IMG/VR virus record: IMGVR_UViG_3300005805_000001
Coordinates: 1 to 64,000 of that record
From: a virus
Lineage: Duplodnaviria; Caudoviricetes
Direction: 5' to 3' (one strand)
Length of the DNA: 64,000 nt
The translations under genes and the position numbers were made by a program. Positions 29,701 through 39,625 of the stretch are shown piece by piece. The stretch's first letter is position 1, and every line of letters begins with the position of its first letter. A model generated the notes under the pieces. That model was not told the origin of the DNA. It searched no databases and was given only the letters and a program-made list of their open reading frames with translations.

Positions 29701-32700
29701 AAGTGATCCTTTGAAGTATGATCTTGAAGCATTCAAGCGTGCACATGCCGACATGATGGACCTGTATGCAGGTGCGCAAAAACTCATGGAGAATGCAATT
29801 GCACGTCAATTGTCACCAGGTGAAACAAGGAGTCTTGTAGGTGTTAGCGTATCACAAGGTACGTATAATTTTGATGATGCCCCGTTGTCTGACTTCCTGA
29901 ATGAAAGCACGGTGAACAAACCATTCGTATTGAATGGTACACCTGTAATCATATCCACTTCGACTTTTGACGGTTCAGTGGAGTTTAGACCGGGAAAGGA
30001 AATCCTGCCTACCATGACTGTTGCATCAGTTCTTGATGCTGATGGTAATCCGGTGGTATTGGATGTCAATGGTGTTGGAGGATTGCGTGCTGAACTTCTT
30101 CCTGCATTGAATGCCTTGAGTCAAAGGGTTACACAGGCAAGGGTAGGTGAAAACATATACAACAAATACTGGATGATTGTGGAGGATCCACAAGGGACAG
30201 TAAAGATACCAGGTGTGGAAGGATCATTTGATTGGAGGCCTGTAAGTCCGAAATCAATGACTCCACAACAAGTTGATGAAATACTCAATAACCTAAGGGC
30301 TACTGCTGAAAAGCACGCTACATTAAAAGACGCCTCTGAAAAAGATAAAAACATGGCGGTATTGAGGAATATTTCAAACAAATTGTTCATAGCCGTTTCT
30401 TCGTTTGATGCCGTAAAATCCTTTAAGAACGTACAAATAGGATTCACATTGAGTCCTACAAATAAACTTACCTTGGAAGTTGACTTCAAGTTCAAGCCGG
30501 GTAATATGCCAAGAAATCAAGCCGAGACTGCAGATGTGAATCAAGGCAAGGTATACATGACCGTTCCTGATAATATACGCACTTCACAGGATTTAATAAA
30601 CTGGTTTAACCAGGAGTTGCAAAAAGATCAGACTCTTGTGTATAAACCCAGCATGGAGTCAAAGGGAACTGAAAGGGTTCCTTTTAGCATGAAAGGCAGG
30701 CTTGCTCCGATTACTCATACCAGCATGCGTATGAATTTCAGTTCAGGATCTGCAGAACAACGTCGAGGTATAAGGGCAATCAATCCTACGAATGTGTGGG
30801 ACAGTTTCTCTGTGAATGTAAGCAGGCTTAATCCAAGGGTGGATCAAAAGGTTGTAGTACAACCTGTAAGGACTGCCGCTGGTGCCGCAATGGCCCAGAT
30901 GGCAAGGACCTCTTCCACGCCACCTGTTACTGCCACACCGCAGACAGTCACACTTGCACCTGGACTTACATCAGGACAAGGTGAAGTCGCTCCTACAACT
31001 CCTGTTTCTACAGATATAATTACAGATAATATATATAATAATTTTGTAGATAAAAACATAGTTCCTGAAAATGTTTTAAACTTTATTGCAGATAAAGTAA
31101 TTAATAGATCTGCTTTATCACAAAAAGAGATTGCAATATTTAATGGAAAAACATCTGAAATAAATAAAATAATTAGAAATAAAGCCGCTTTAGGCGCTCC
31201 TACAACTCCTGCCGCTCCAGCAGCCATAATGACCATGGAACGTCTAAATCAGGTATGGGATGATATAAGGAACGGCAAACCTGTTGATTCATTTTTCAAT
31301 GAGTTTAAGGAAGGTTATGGCAGTAAGTATCTTTTTGTCGAAGACTTAAAGGACTGGTTTGAAAACAAGACCAACACAAAGGTTGCAGTCACCACGACTC
31401 CAGGACGCATAGCGCCTAATGCCGCTGCTGCCCCTACCACTACAACTACAATTGATGCAGAAAAAGCCAAGATTACATCTTCAGAGTTTACAGAGTTAAA
31501 AAGACTGGCTAAGTTTTTTTTAGAGAATCCTAAAGAACCTACTGTATCAGGAAGTGTTGTTACAAGATACCCAACTTTGTTTAAAACTGTTACTGATATA
31601 GAAAAAAGAAGACAGAAAGAATTAGAGGGAGAAAAATATTTTGTAAAAACTAATGCAGAAGGACTCAAAGCTGCTAAAGAATTTGTTGATAGAGTTAATG
31701 CTAAATATGATGCAGAACTAGATGCTTTAGGTGCTGCTCCTGCACAGGAACGTCCTTCACGTAGAAAATCCGCGGGAGGTGATGCGTTCACAGGTGCCAA
31801 CAGCATAGGTACTTATGATGAAGGTGAGGTTATTGACCGTGAGACGGCGATAGAAAACATCAAAGGACTTCTTCCTGAGTTCATAAGCATAGGTGAACTT
31901 CTTCCGACACTCGAGGCTTTGCGTGATGGAAGGATCACATTCGGTTCATTTTACAACAACATGGTGCGCCTGGCATCAAAGCTTGTGAAGGGACGTGAAT
32001 ACCACGAGGCGTTCCACGCCGTGTTCCGTACCATGTTCACCGATAAACAACTTGACGCACTTTACAAGGAAGCCAAGGCTTTGATGATAAGTGAGTTCAA
32101 GAAACAGGGAAAGACATTCGTACAAGCCTATGCTGAATGGAAAGAGGATCGTATAGATTATGAAAGTCTTCCTGAAAGCATAAAGAAAGACCTCTTCATA
32201 GAGGAGTGGATGGCTGACGAGTATCCCAAATGGAGGGAAGGCAAGTCAGTCGTGCCGAAGAAATCCACTACTCTATTGGGAAAGATATTCAATGCGATCA
32301 AAAGGTTTGCTGATTGGTTGACAGGCACGCCCACATTGGGAGAGGTCTTCCAATCCCTGGACGAAGGAAAGTTCAGCGGCGCAAAGAACCCTGTGATGAA
32401 CAGGTTCACAAGCGGTAAGATTGATACCATGGCAAGGTCCCAGATATACGTGGGTAACAGAATGGGAACCAACGGTATAACATACGCGTCATACCTTGAT
32501 CCTTCACTTGAGATGGTGCTTGTCAATACTATTGCAAGTAGGGTGATGGAGGCTCAAAAGACAAATCCTGAAGCTCCAGCAGATTATCTCATTGAGATGG
32601 AAATACTTAAATTGGGTGACAAGTTCAATGTGGATGATCCAATTTATAATCCTATCGCTGACAATCCATCATACAATGATGTGTTTGAAAAAGTTCAGGA

Positions 32701-35700
32701 TCTTGACTTCCTGTTCAATGATAACACTGAACATGCGATTGAAGTCACAAAAATGATTGACGGCAAACAGACCGTTGTGACTGAAAAGCGTAACTTCGGA
32801 AAGGAAGCACGCACCATGTTCAAGGACAAGATAAAAAAGCAATTGGATGAATACTCGGTTGATGATTATTCATTCGATGCGAATGAGGATAATGCGGATG
32901 GTGAAAGCAATACCACTGAAAGGAACTTCGACCAGAACTTTGAGAACAAGGGAGGCTTCACAAGTCTTTCACAGTTCCTCCGCAAATACATAGGACAGAC
33001 AACATACAATACCACACTTGACGAATTCTTCGGTCTTGAACCTGGAAGTGTCTTTGGTGGTGAGGTGATAACCGTCGCTGTGAATCCAAAGAAAGTATAC
33101 AACGGCCTTACAAAGCTTACGGCAAACCAGTTATCACCTGAGAAAGTGTTGCGTAAACTTGCATACGCGGCACGTGAAAGTTCAGAGTCAGGAAGGTTTG
33201 CAGGAAAGTTTCTTGAAGAAGCAGGTATAAGTTTTGACCAGAACGGCGTACTTACATACGACAAGGATAAGACAGCCTTGATACAAAGTGTCGTAAAAGG
33301 GTTTTCCAATGTTAGATTGAATTACCTCTTTACACAGTTTGACCGTTTTTATGGAAAAGAGGAACAACCTTTTGCACGTGTGTTCATGGCCAATACAAGG
33401 GGCATGGATGTGCAACAGCTTGAAGCCTGGAGTAACCAGTTTAATGTTCTTACAAAAAGAAACGGTAAGACAGAGATGACAAGGCGTGCAGAGAATGTAC
33501 GCGGCATGCAGCATCTTGAACTTACTTCAAGGATAGATGATGCAGTTGTTGAACAAGTGGTTACTGCACTTAAGTCGGATCTTGAAGGGCTTGGCATAAG
33601 CCTTTCAAGGATGTACCTTAAATACCTTGTCCTTCAAAACAGGGTACAAAAGAGTGAAGCCCAAAGACAATTCATAGAGGAATTTGAAAAAGAGGTGCAA
33701 GTCAATGCAAAGGATGTCCATGAGTCATTGATACGTGTCGTACAATCCATTGCAAAAGGAGGGGTTCCCTTTGAAAGAAAGCAGGAAAAACCTTCCGAAG
33801 AAGACATGTCTGCAGTGACACGTCTACGCAAAATAGCAATGGATAATGCCGTGTTTGACGAGAATGTGAGCATCACCACAATGGTGAATGCAGACGGCAA
33901 GAACATCTATCCTTACCAGAAAGCCAACTACCATGTGCAGCGCATGTTGGAGTTGCAAGAGATTGACTTTACCCAGACTGATGAGGATGGCAACCTGTTG
34001 TATCCTTCCGAAGTGCATTCGGAACAACCGAACCAGGATTATGTGCTAAACAACTATCTTCTGAACAATCCGGATTTCCGTGAAATGCTGAAGTCTGCAA
34101 AGATTGACAGGATTGACGGGATGAAGCAGACCACTCTTGAAGAAAGAGGCGGTGACCTGAAGGTTGTCATGGATGGAAAGGACCGTGAAGGGGCGACATA
34201 TGGTGGAATGACCGAGCGTGAATTGATGCTGCAGTTCTATTCTCTTTTTGCTGATTCATCAACTGATACCAAGGTTAATTTTACAATGCCTGACGGCAGT
34301 GTGGAAAGAAGGAATGTCCCTTCGAGAAGAATGGCATTCAACATAATGGAGGCATCCAACACGCTTGATGTGTTGAACATGCCTGTGCAAACAGTGTATC
34401 AGAACGGTAAACTGACTGACAAGTTCAAACAGGCTGTAATTGACAACATAGCCAGGGAACTGAACAGGATAAACAAGGTTCGCGCAGGTGAATATGTTGA
34501 CATCAATGGTAATCCCATTGACTATGTCAACTTCAATTCATATAACAGTGCCGACAAACTCCGTGGACTAAAGTTCTGGGAGAATGAAAGATTGTTAAGT
34601 TCAATAGGCATAAAGAACCAGCTTGAATCAGGTGAGATTTCACTTGAAGAAGCCTTGCCTATAATCCTGGACGGTATGGACACGTTCTTTAACAATGAAC
34701 TTGCCGAACACATGGAAGCATTGAAGGATGCGGGCATATTGAAGGAAGACGGTACAAACCGTTTGTTACCTGGAAAGTTCACAGGCATAGGCATAGTCGA
34801 CAGCACAGGTAAAAGTGATACCATGTTTTCCACGGTAATGACGGACAACATAGGTAATGCTTATTTCAACATGTACCTTAATGCCACGGCGATAGACCAG
34901 ATCCTGATGGGAGATCCCGCATTGACCTTGAAGGATTCCACAGACTGGTTCAAACGTGCAAAAGGTAATAACGCCGCAGGAGACAACATGTTGCATTTTG
35001 ATCCTGCTAACAACGCTCCTGTGAAGACACTTGTATTTGGAAGAGAGACTGACAAGGGCACGTTTGATGACTTTGTCAACACGGACTATGTCAAAGAGGA
35101 ACGCATATACAAAAAAGGTTCAAAGGAATACAATGATTTTGCCGCCAGTCTTCCAGAGGAAGAACGTGAAGCATTTCTTGCAAAAGACGCTGAAGAAATA
35201 AAGGTGGGTGATGCCCAGGCATACACTAGTGTTGCAGGTATGTTGAGGTTCCAGACAAACCTTGGTCGCATGACAACCAGGGGTGAGGCAATCTACAAGT
35301 CCATAATGGATGGAAAGAAACTCACCCAAGAAGACTGGGAATACCTGAAAGACAATGGGTTGATGTTGAACTCACAAAAGTTCGTGTATTATGACGGCGT
35401 AACATACGTCAAGATGTCCATAGTGCCTTTGACTCCCGAGTATACAACCACTCCTGCAGGCACACCCATCAAGGGAATGGAATTCCTCCATAACCTGAGG
35501 ATTCAAATGGAGGCCAACAACATTGAGATGGCTGGACAACCTTCAATGATGAAGAAGATGATCCGCAATCCCTTGGTGATTGGCGAAGGACAGACTGACT
35601 TTGTGATAAGTCCTGAGAATGTGATTGACCTTGATTTGCGTTACTTGAGACTGCAACAGGAAAATCCTTCCAACAAAACAACCATCAAGGATCCCACACA

Positions 35701-38700
35701 GATGATACATCTGATTGCGGCTGAACAGGATCCTTCAACCCCTATAGATTTTCCATGGGATCCAAGCATAAAGACGGTAGGTCAACTTGTAAAGAAATAT
35801 GACTCGTTGCTTGCTGAAAGGATACGCACACAGTATATCCCGGCAAGGAATTACCTTACACAACTGCAGGAGGGAAACAGGACCCTTGATACAAAAAGAC
35901 TTGTAAAGGCGTTCAGGAAGATGCTTGAAACAACAGGCGCTTCACAACAGCTTCTTGACTTCCTGCGCACCGATGATGCGGGATATCCGATTGAAAACTT
36001 CAACATGCCTCACATAGTGACGGCGTTTGAACAACACTTCAACAACTACTTCAACAAGATATTCAGCCAGAAGGTTCCAGGTTACAAGACCACGCTTCAA
36101 TCAGGATTCGGGCACAAACTCATCTATGATACAAAAACAGGGAAACTGATCCCACGCAACGTGTATCTTGAGAATCCCTCGAAGTATGATAATGATCCGA
36201 ACATAGGCACCCGTGATCTGGGCTTTGACATTCCACACATTGTGGATGGCAAGGAAGTTTACAAGTATTCCGAGGTTATACTTCCATTCCATTTTGCCGA
36301 GCAATTCGGATTGAAACCTGGTGATGAGATTCCACTTGAGATTGCCGACATGTTCGGTACAAGGATTCCAAGTCAGGACAAACACTCGTCAAGGGTGTTG
36401 AGAGTTGTTGATGTTATGCCTGCTTCATACGGTTCAAACATGATATTCCCGCATGAACTGATTCTCTTGACAGGTTCTGACTTTGACGTTGACTCCTACT
36501 TTAACCAACGTTTTGACCACTATGTGAAAGACGGTGAGTTCAGGGTGTATGGAAACAACAAGGATTCAAAATGGGATCAGTTCATGAAATGGAACATGGA
36601 GAACAACTCCATGCTCAGGGATGTGGCCAAGGAAATAAAACTTGAATACCCTGACACACCTGCCCAGGACATCTTTGCACAGGCATTGAAAACACTTGGT
36701 CTTCCTTCGACAGAAGAGGAGTTCAACAAGTCAGGAATGAGAAGCGTGGGTGAGATAAACAATGACATATTGCGTGCCAAGATGGTGTTGCATTCCAACC
36801 CTTCAATGGACAAGATCAATAAGACTCCTGCCACACTTGATGCGATTCAAAACAGCAATGGAACAGGTGTACTTGATCAACTTGCCACAAGACTCGGTTA
36901 TGCATCATGGAAGCAACTTGAAAAATCATACAATCCCACATCAATGATGGGAATGGTGAATGCCTTTGTAACAAACAAGGCAGGTAGCAAGGCGATTGGT
37001 GCGGCGGTTAACAATTCACAGGTGTATGCCGTACTTACACGATTCGGGCTTCAGACTGTGGAAGAAAACAAATCTACTCCTGAAGTCGAGATTTCAGGTT
37101 ACAAGATAGGATCAATTTCCCCCAGTAACTTCCTGACGGAAGACGGTAAGAGAATCATGGACTTGTTGTCCACCCTTACTTCGTCAATGACAGATAACAC
37201 AAAGTACGGTTACAACAGCAAGATGAACGTGGACATAAACACATTGTCCGTGGTGTCATTGATGACCATGAACAGGATTCCTTTGATGGATGCGGTCATG
37301 ATGATCAATTCTGAATATGTACGTACCCTTGTAAAGGAATCACGCGGCTTTGCAATTCAAAATGAATCCGAGGCGAGCTATCAAAATGAAGCGTATGAAC
37401 GTCTTATCAATGTCTTAAGGACCAAGGTAAAGGAACTTGATCCTACATTGTTGGATGAGTTTGAAAAACAGGAGAACATGCCTGTGACTGCCGAGGACCT
37501 TGCACTTGCAATGGACTTCAGTCCTGAACGCAAGGAATTCAAGACAGCCAAACCAGGACAAAGACCCGGATTGTTGATGAGGATTCCCGTTGAATATTAT
37601 TTTGCTCAGATGAGGATCCTTTCGGCATACAATACAATGTCGCAGAAGCATGTCGGCGAATACATTGCATTCAGCCAGATCATGAAACTGACCAAAGGCA
37701 TATCCTCAAGCAACAAGGAGACAAGTTTCAAAGGTGATGAAGAGATAAAACAATACCTTGACACACTTGGTCTTCAACTTACGGTAACCCGTGAAGGATG
37801 GCGTGTTGAATATAAGAGCAAGGAGGCAAAGGAAAAACAAGTGTATGATTTCGCAAGTGTGATAAACAGCCACTTGATCACACTTGAAAACCTTGCGGTG
37901 TTTGGTGAAAAAGGCAGGATACAAAAGACTTACTTCATTTCGCAGACAGATTTCTCAGAAGCGGTGAAGGAGCGCATCCTTGCGAACATCAATCCAAAAC
38001 TAGGCAGGAAAAAGAAAGCCAAGGCGCTTGCCGCAATGAGGGACAACCTGTTGGGTTACATGATGATAAAGGCATGGCGTAAAAGGAACAATGTCACTGA
38101 GAACATGAATGCCTATATCTTTGATGACGTGGCAGAAAAAGAAGGACGCAAACCACTTGCCACATTTAAAGATGAGATAATTGCAGCCAATCGACATCTT
38201 GAAAACAACCTTGTATTCACACAGGTTTTCTTTGGAAACAAAAGTGGTATAAGCACTGCAAAATACAGTACATGGTCCAAAGGACAGAAAGGGTTTGAAG
38301 CCCTGTTGCTTGGTGACATGAGGCAGTTGGCAAACAGTGAGGCACGTCCATTGGTGCATCAGATGATAAAATACATGATTTCTAAGGATGCAATGTTGTT
38401 CAAGAATGACAGTCCGATATCCCTGATCAATCCTTCTACATTGGGTGTGTACAACTTCTCGCAGTTATTGACCGAGATGACTCCAATGTTGAACCAGATG
38501 AATGACGCCCAGTTCCAGGAAATGTTTGGAATGACAAAAAACGAACTTCTTGCCGAATTTACGGACATGTTCATGCGTGATGTCAACAACAGGGCTTATG
38601 TTCCTAGGGTAAAAAATGCTGAAATACTTGAGAACAGGGATACTGAAAAAGCCAAGACCGTGCATCCTGTGACCAAACTTGCAAATGGTGGATTCAAAGT

Positions 38701-39622
38701 CAACTTTGACGCAGGTTACCGGATGGTTGACGAGGAGACTGGTGATGAGATCCGTCCTACTGATGATGTCAAGGCCAAACAGCAAATGCGGAATAAAATA
38801 ATATTTGGTCAGTTTGGATTTGTACAGTCATCTGATTCCTTTAAAAACAAAAAAGGTGAAACCAAACGGGCAAAAGCCTTTGAATTCCCAACTTATCTGC
38901 AAGCAGGACCTGTGTTGTATAAACTGGTTGCATATGTAAAAGTGGAAAACCGTTTCAATAACACTGAACAACGCTATACCAGACCTGCTTTGAATGAAAC
39001 AGTGTTCACTGGAATAGAAGCCGTATATCAGCCTGTTGAAAGATTCGGTGGAAAGTTCAATGGTGTTACCCTTAGTCCTTACGGACGTACCATTCAAGAG
39101 AATGATGAAAAATCGTTTGAAAAAGTCTTAAGCCAAAAGAAAGCAGAGGAAGATGTTGAAGACACTGATAATGAGGTTATTGACGAAACAACTGTCACTC
39201 CTTTGCCTCAGATAAATGCAGTACCTACGGCTGTTCCATCAACAGGAATAAAACCCGTACCTTTGCAACAACCCGGTAATCAAAAAGAAATGGAGCAAGG
39301 AGCACAGGCTATTGCAAACCTTAACATGTTAAGCGCCTCTACCGCTGATGCCAATGTTGCCTCAAGGGATAATATGATAAACTGGTTTGTAGGATTGAAA
39401 ACCAAAAGGGATTCAAATGACGCTACTTGGAAACAGGATTACGCGCAATTCTATTTGAACCTTGAAGAGTCCAATTCTGAATTGGCAAAAATGTTTAAAA
39501 CTCCTGGCAGTCCTATGCTCATAGGTATGCCAAAAAGTGGAATACCACTTGAAAATGTGATTGACATGCTTAGAAATATGAACCCCACACAAGTCGCAGA
39601 ACTTGACAAATACCGTTGTTAA
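26732..39622 (+). CDS. Giant virion RNA polymerase polyprotein (double-psi beta-barrel RNAP, zincin domain, N-terminal membrane segments)
   Basis: 4296 aa. The catalytic-type motif GSDFDVD has DFDVD at 36479-36493 (compare DFDID in phi14:2 gp66) and is preceded by GTRIPSQDKHS. HEAFH is at 32003-32017. Hydrophobic Gly/Ala segments lie in the first ~420 aa. Confidence 0.88.
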   Translation: MADSKPINPGISFQDYVRYTDLRRDIIADPVKIKAESSQYDAGFILPQVNPEQALMDHRANAQPWEDKLGNGLMNMTSSAFTGALESTLGLVYGAGAALASGDASKFYNNEFGKSIDAFTEATREKYPFYYSKAEEDASLLSSLGTANFWYDKVLGGAGYTIGSMVTGMGAARAFNIGKNARLAQLSAEASAAETAGNLTAEAAKFARWDMGKQAALGFTIAHGESSMEARQTYEETKQNYEKLRSLAQMDPSNPEYADYLNLSDEKIEQLASDAADTNYLMNLAVTGPTNMMLLGKWINPGKQAAIRTYNEIGKRTAVDGATQYFDKVVTQKGRALLNVGSKFMKGFTLEGSQEGLQFASNKAAQEFVELHGLQGQDWFTSLTTGLAEGLGETLSTKEGLEAILVGGLVGGPFGMRGAGAERTAKDARTKILVDKLNSDPTFVQANPLVQKMLASTNSANNAETYLKNGDLFNAKNAADQSLNTYIKGQIDAGTTDYFVERLESIKQMDQTERDKFFGPGTTPAQVDQVIDKVRKLEGLYNSIETLYGTPGGTPEQKQRNTMLREMLFFSASTIKDVEGRMSNIVKELTAMANPQVAAIIAAREIAINMQKTITPESVPAGKDFEQYLAEMEDQAVKGYNALLTQFIKDNPVEASQTTQLFADLNQLDKRKQEFIKYYNELNDPEKAEALLKKTQETLEKTGERLQMEAEREKEKKTQGRTVLQDVDTFLPLNPDRKNEVTNKGQVLDISKLSNIQLDEMQKNLQQEETQGTQVLPELKAAIAKEIEFRTTTDQIRLGIKERLLGAVTPEQVDDIISQIANDGSFNVNAQEIEKLKKNLTEANEARIAQEAIAENMKNNFKGVNEFFHVFTTSEEEKRLVAQVTSDPELKNKVYFKLSTNPNPGTISNIGKAETNTLNPRLKKQSPNILIEVWTTLPDNTQARIGMMPWFGQYVNNVGNPIDIQNLTFDEYVNLFLPGLDKQKAAEFIASDPLKYDLEAFKRAHADMMDLYAGAQKLMENAIARQLSPGETRSLVGVSVSQGTYNFDDAPLSDFLNESTVNKPFVLNGTPVIISTSTFDGSVEFRPGKEILPTMTVASVLDADGNPVVLDVNGVGGLRAELLPALNALSQRVTQARVGENIYNKYWMIVEDPQGTVKIPGVEGSFDWRPVSPKSMTPQQVDEILNNLRATAEKHATLKDASEKDKNMAVLRNISNKLFIAVSSFDAVKSFKNVQIGFTLSPTNKLTLEVDFKFKPGNMPRNQAETADVNQGKVYMTVPDNIRTSQDLINWFNQELQKDQTLVYKPSMESKGTERVPFSMKGRLAPITHTSMRMNFSSGSAEQRRGIRAINPTNVWDSFSVNVSRLNPRVDQKVVVQPVRTAAGAAMAQMARTSSTPPVTATPQTVTLAPGLTSGQGEVAPTTPVSTDIITDNIYNNFVDKNIVPENVLNFIADKVINRSALSQKEIAIFNGKTSEINKIIRNKAALGAPTTPAAPAAIMTMERLNQVWDDIRNGKPVDSFFNEFKEGYGSKYLFVEDLKDWFENKTNTKVAVTTTPGRIAPNAAAAPTTTTTIDAEKAKITSSEFTELKRLAKFFLENPKEPTVSGSVVTRYPTLFKTVTDIEKRRQKELEGEKYFVKTNAEGLKAAKEFVDRVNAKYDAELDALGAAPAQERPSRRKSAGGDAFTGANSIGTYDEGEVIDRETAIENIKGLLPEFISIGELLPTLEALRDGRITFGSFYNNMVRLASKLVKGREYHEAFHAVFRTMFTDKQLDALYKEAKALMISEFKKQGKTFVQAYAEWKEDRIDYESLPESIKKDLFIEEWMADEYPKWREGKSVVPKKSTTLLGKIFNAIKRFADWLTGTPTLGEVFQSLDEGKFSGAKNPVMNRFTSGKIDTMARSQIYVGNRMGTNGITYASYLDPSLEMVLVNTIASRVMEAQKTNPEAPADYLIEMEILKLGDKFNVDDPIYNPIADNPSYNDVFEKVQDLDFLFNDNTEHAIEVTKMIDGKQTVVTEKRNFGKEARTMFKDKIKKQLDEYSVDDYSFDANEDNADGESNTTERNFDQNFENKGGFTSLSQFLRKYIGQTTYNTTLDEFFGLEPGSVFGGEVITVAVNPKKVYNGLTKLTANQLSPEKVLRKLAYAARESSESGRFAGKFLEEAGISFDQNGVLTYDKDKTALIQSVVKGFSNVRLNYLFTQFDRFYGKEEQPFARVFMANTRGMDVQQLEAWSNQFNVLTKRNGKTEMTRRAENVRGMQHLELTSRIDDAVVEQVVTALKSDLEGLGISLSRMYLKYLVLQNRVQKSEAQRQFIEEFEKEVQVNAKDVHESLIRVVQSIAKGGVPFERKQEKPSEEDMSAVTRLRKIAMDNAVFDENVSITTMVNADGKNIYPYQKANYHVQRMLELQEIDFTQTDEDGNLLYPSEVHSEQPNQDYVLNNYLLNNPDFREMLKSAKIDRIDGMKQTTLEERGGDLKVVMDGKDREGATYGGMTERELMLQFYSLFADSSTDTKVNFTMPDGSVERRNVPSRRMAFNIMEASNTLDVLNMPVQTVYQNGKLTDKFKQAVIDNIARELNRINKVRAGEYVDINGNPIDYVNFNSYNSADKLRGLKFWENERLLSSIGIKNQLESGEISLEEALPIILDGMDTFFNNELAEHMEALKDAGILKEDGTNRLLPGKFTGIGIVDSTGKSDTMFSTVMTDNIGNAYFNMYLNATAIDQILMGDPALTLKDSTDWFKRAKGNNAAGDNMLHFDPANNAPVKTLVFGRETDKGTFDDFVNTDYVKEERIYKKGSKEYNDFAASLPEEEREAFLAKDAEEIKVGDAQAYTSVAGMLRFQTNLGRMTTRGEAIYKSIMDGKKLTQEDWEYLKDNGLMLNSQKFVYYDGVTYVKMSIVPLTPEYTTTPAGTPIKGMEFLHNLRIQMEANNIEMAGQPSMMKKMIRNPLVIGEGQTDFVISPENVIDLDLRYLRLQQENPSNKTTIKDPTQMIHLIAAEQDPSTPIDFPWDPSIKTVGQLVKKYDSLLAERIRTQYIPARNYLTQLQEGNRTLDTKRLVKAFRKMLETTGASQQLLDFLRTDDAGYPIENFNMPHIVTAFEQHFNNYFNKIFSQKVPGYKTTLQSGFGHKLIYDTKTGKLIPRNVYLENPSKYDNDPNIGTRDLGFDIPHIVDGKEVYKYSEVILPFHFAEQFGLKPGDEIPLEIADMFGTRIPSQDKHSSRVLRVVDVMPASYGSNMIFPHELILLTGSDFDVDSYFNQRFDHYVKDGEFRVYGNNKDSKWDQFMKWNMENNSMLRDVAKEIKLEYPDTPAQDIFAQALKTLGLPSTEEEFNKSGMRSVGEINNDILRAKMVLHSNPSMDKINKTPATLDAIQNSNGTGVLDQLATRLGYASWKQLEKSYNPTSMMGMVNAFVTNKAGSKAIGAAVNNSQVYAVLTRFGLQTVEENKSTPEVEISGYKIGSISPSNFLTEDGKRIMDLLSTLTSSMTDNTKYGYNSKMNVDINTLSVVSLMTMNRIPLMDAVMMINSEYVRTLVKESRGFAIQNESEASYQNEAYERLINVLRTKVKELDPTLLDEFEKQENMPVTAEDLALAMDFSPERKEFKTAKPGQRPGLLMRIPVEYYFAQMRILSAYNTMSQKHVGEYIAFSQIMKLTKGISSSNKETSFKGDEEIKQYLDTLGLQLTVTREGWRVEYKSKEAKEKQVYDFASVINSHLITLENLAVFGEKGRIQKTYFISQTDFSEAVKERILANINPKLGRKKKAKALAAMRDNLLGYMMIKAWRKRNNVTENMNAYIFDDVAEKEGRKPLATFKDEIIAANRHLENNLVFTQVFFGNKSGISTAKYSTWSKGQKGFEALLLGDMRQLANSEARPLVHQMIKYMISKDAMLFKNDSPISLINPSTLGVYNFSQLLTEMTPMLNQMNDAQFQEMFGMTKNELLAEFTDMFMRDVNNRAYVPRVKNAEILENRDTEKAKTVHPVTKLANGGFKVNFDAGYRMVDEETGDEIRPTDDVKAKQQMRNKIIFGQFGFVQSSDSFKNKKGETKRAKAFEFPTYLQAGPVLYKLVAYVKVENRFNNTEQRYTRPALNETVFTGIEAVYQPVERFGGKFNGVTLSPYGRTIQENDEKSFEKVLSQKKAEEDVEDTDNEVIDETTVTPLPQINAVPTAVPSTGIKPVPLQQPGNQKEMEQGAQAIANLNMLSASTADANVASRDNMINWFVGLKTKRDSNDATWKQDYAQFYLNLEESNSELAKMFKTPGSPMLIGMPKSGIPLENVIDMLRNMNPTQVAELDKYRC

Positions 39623-39625
39623 AAA

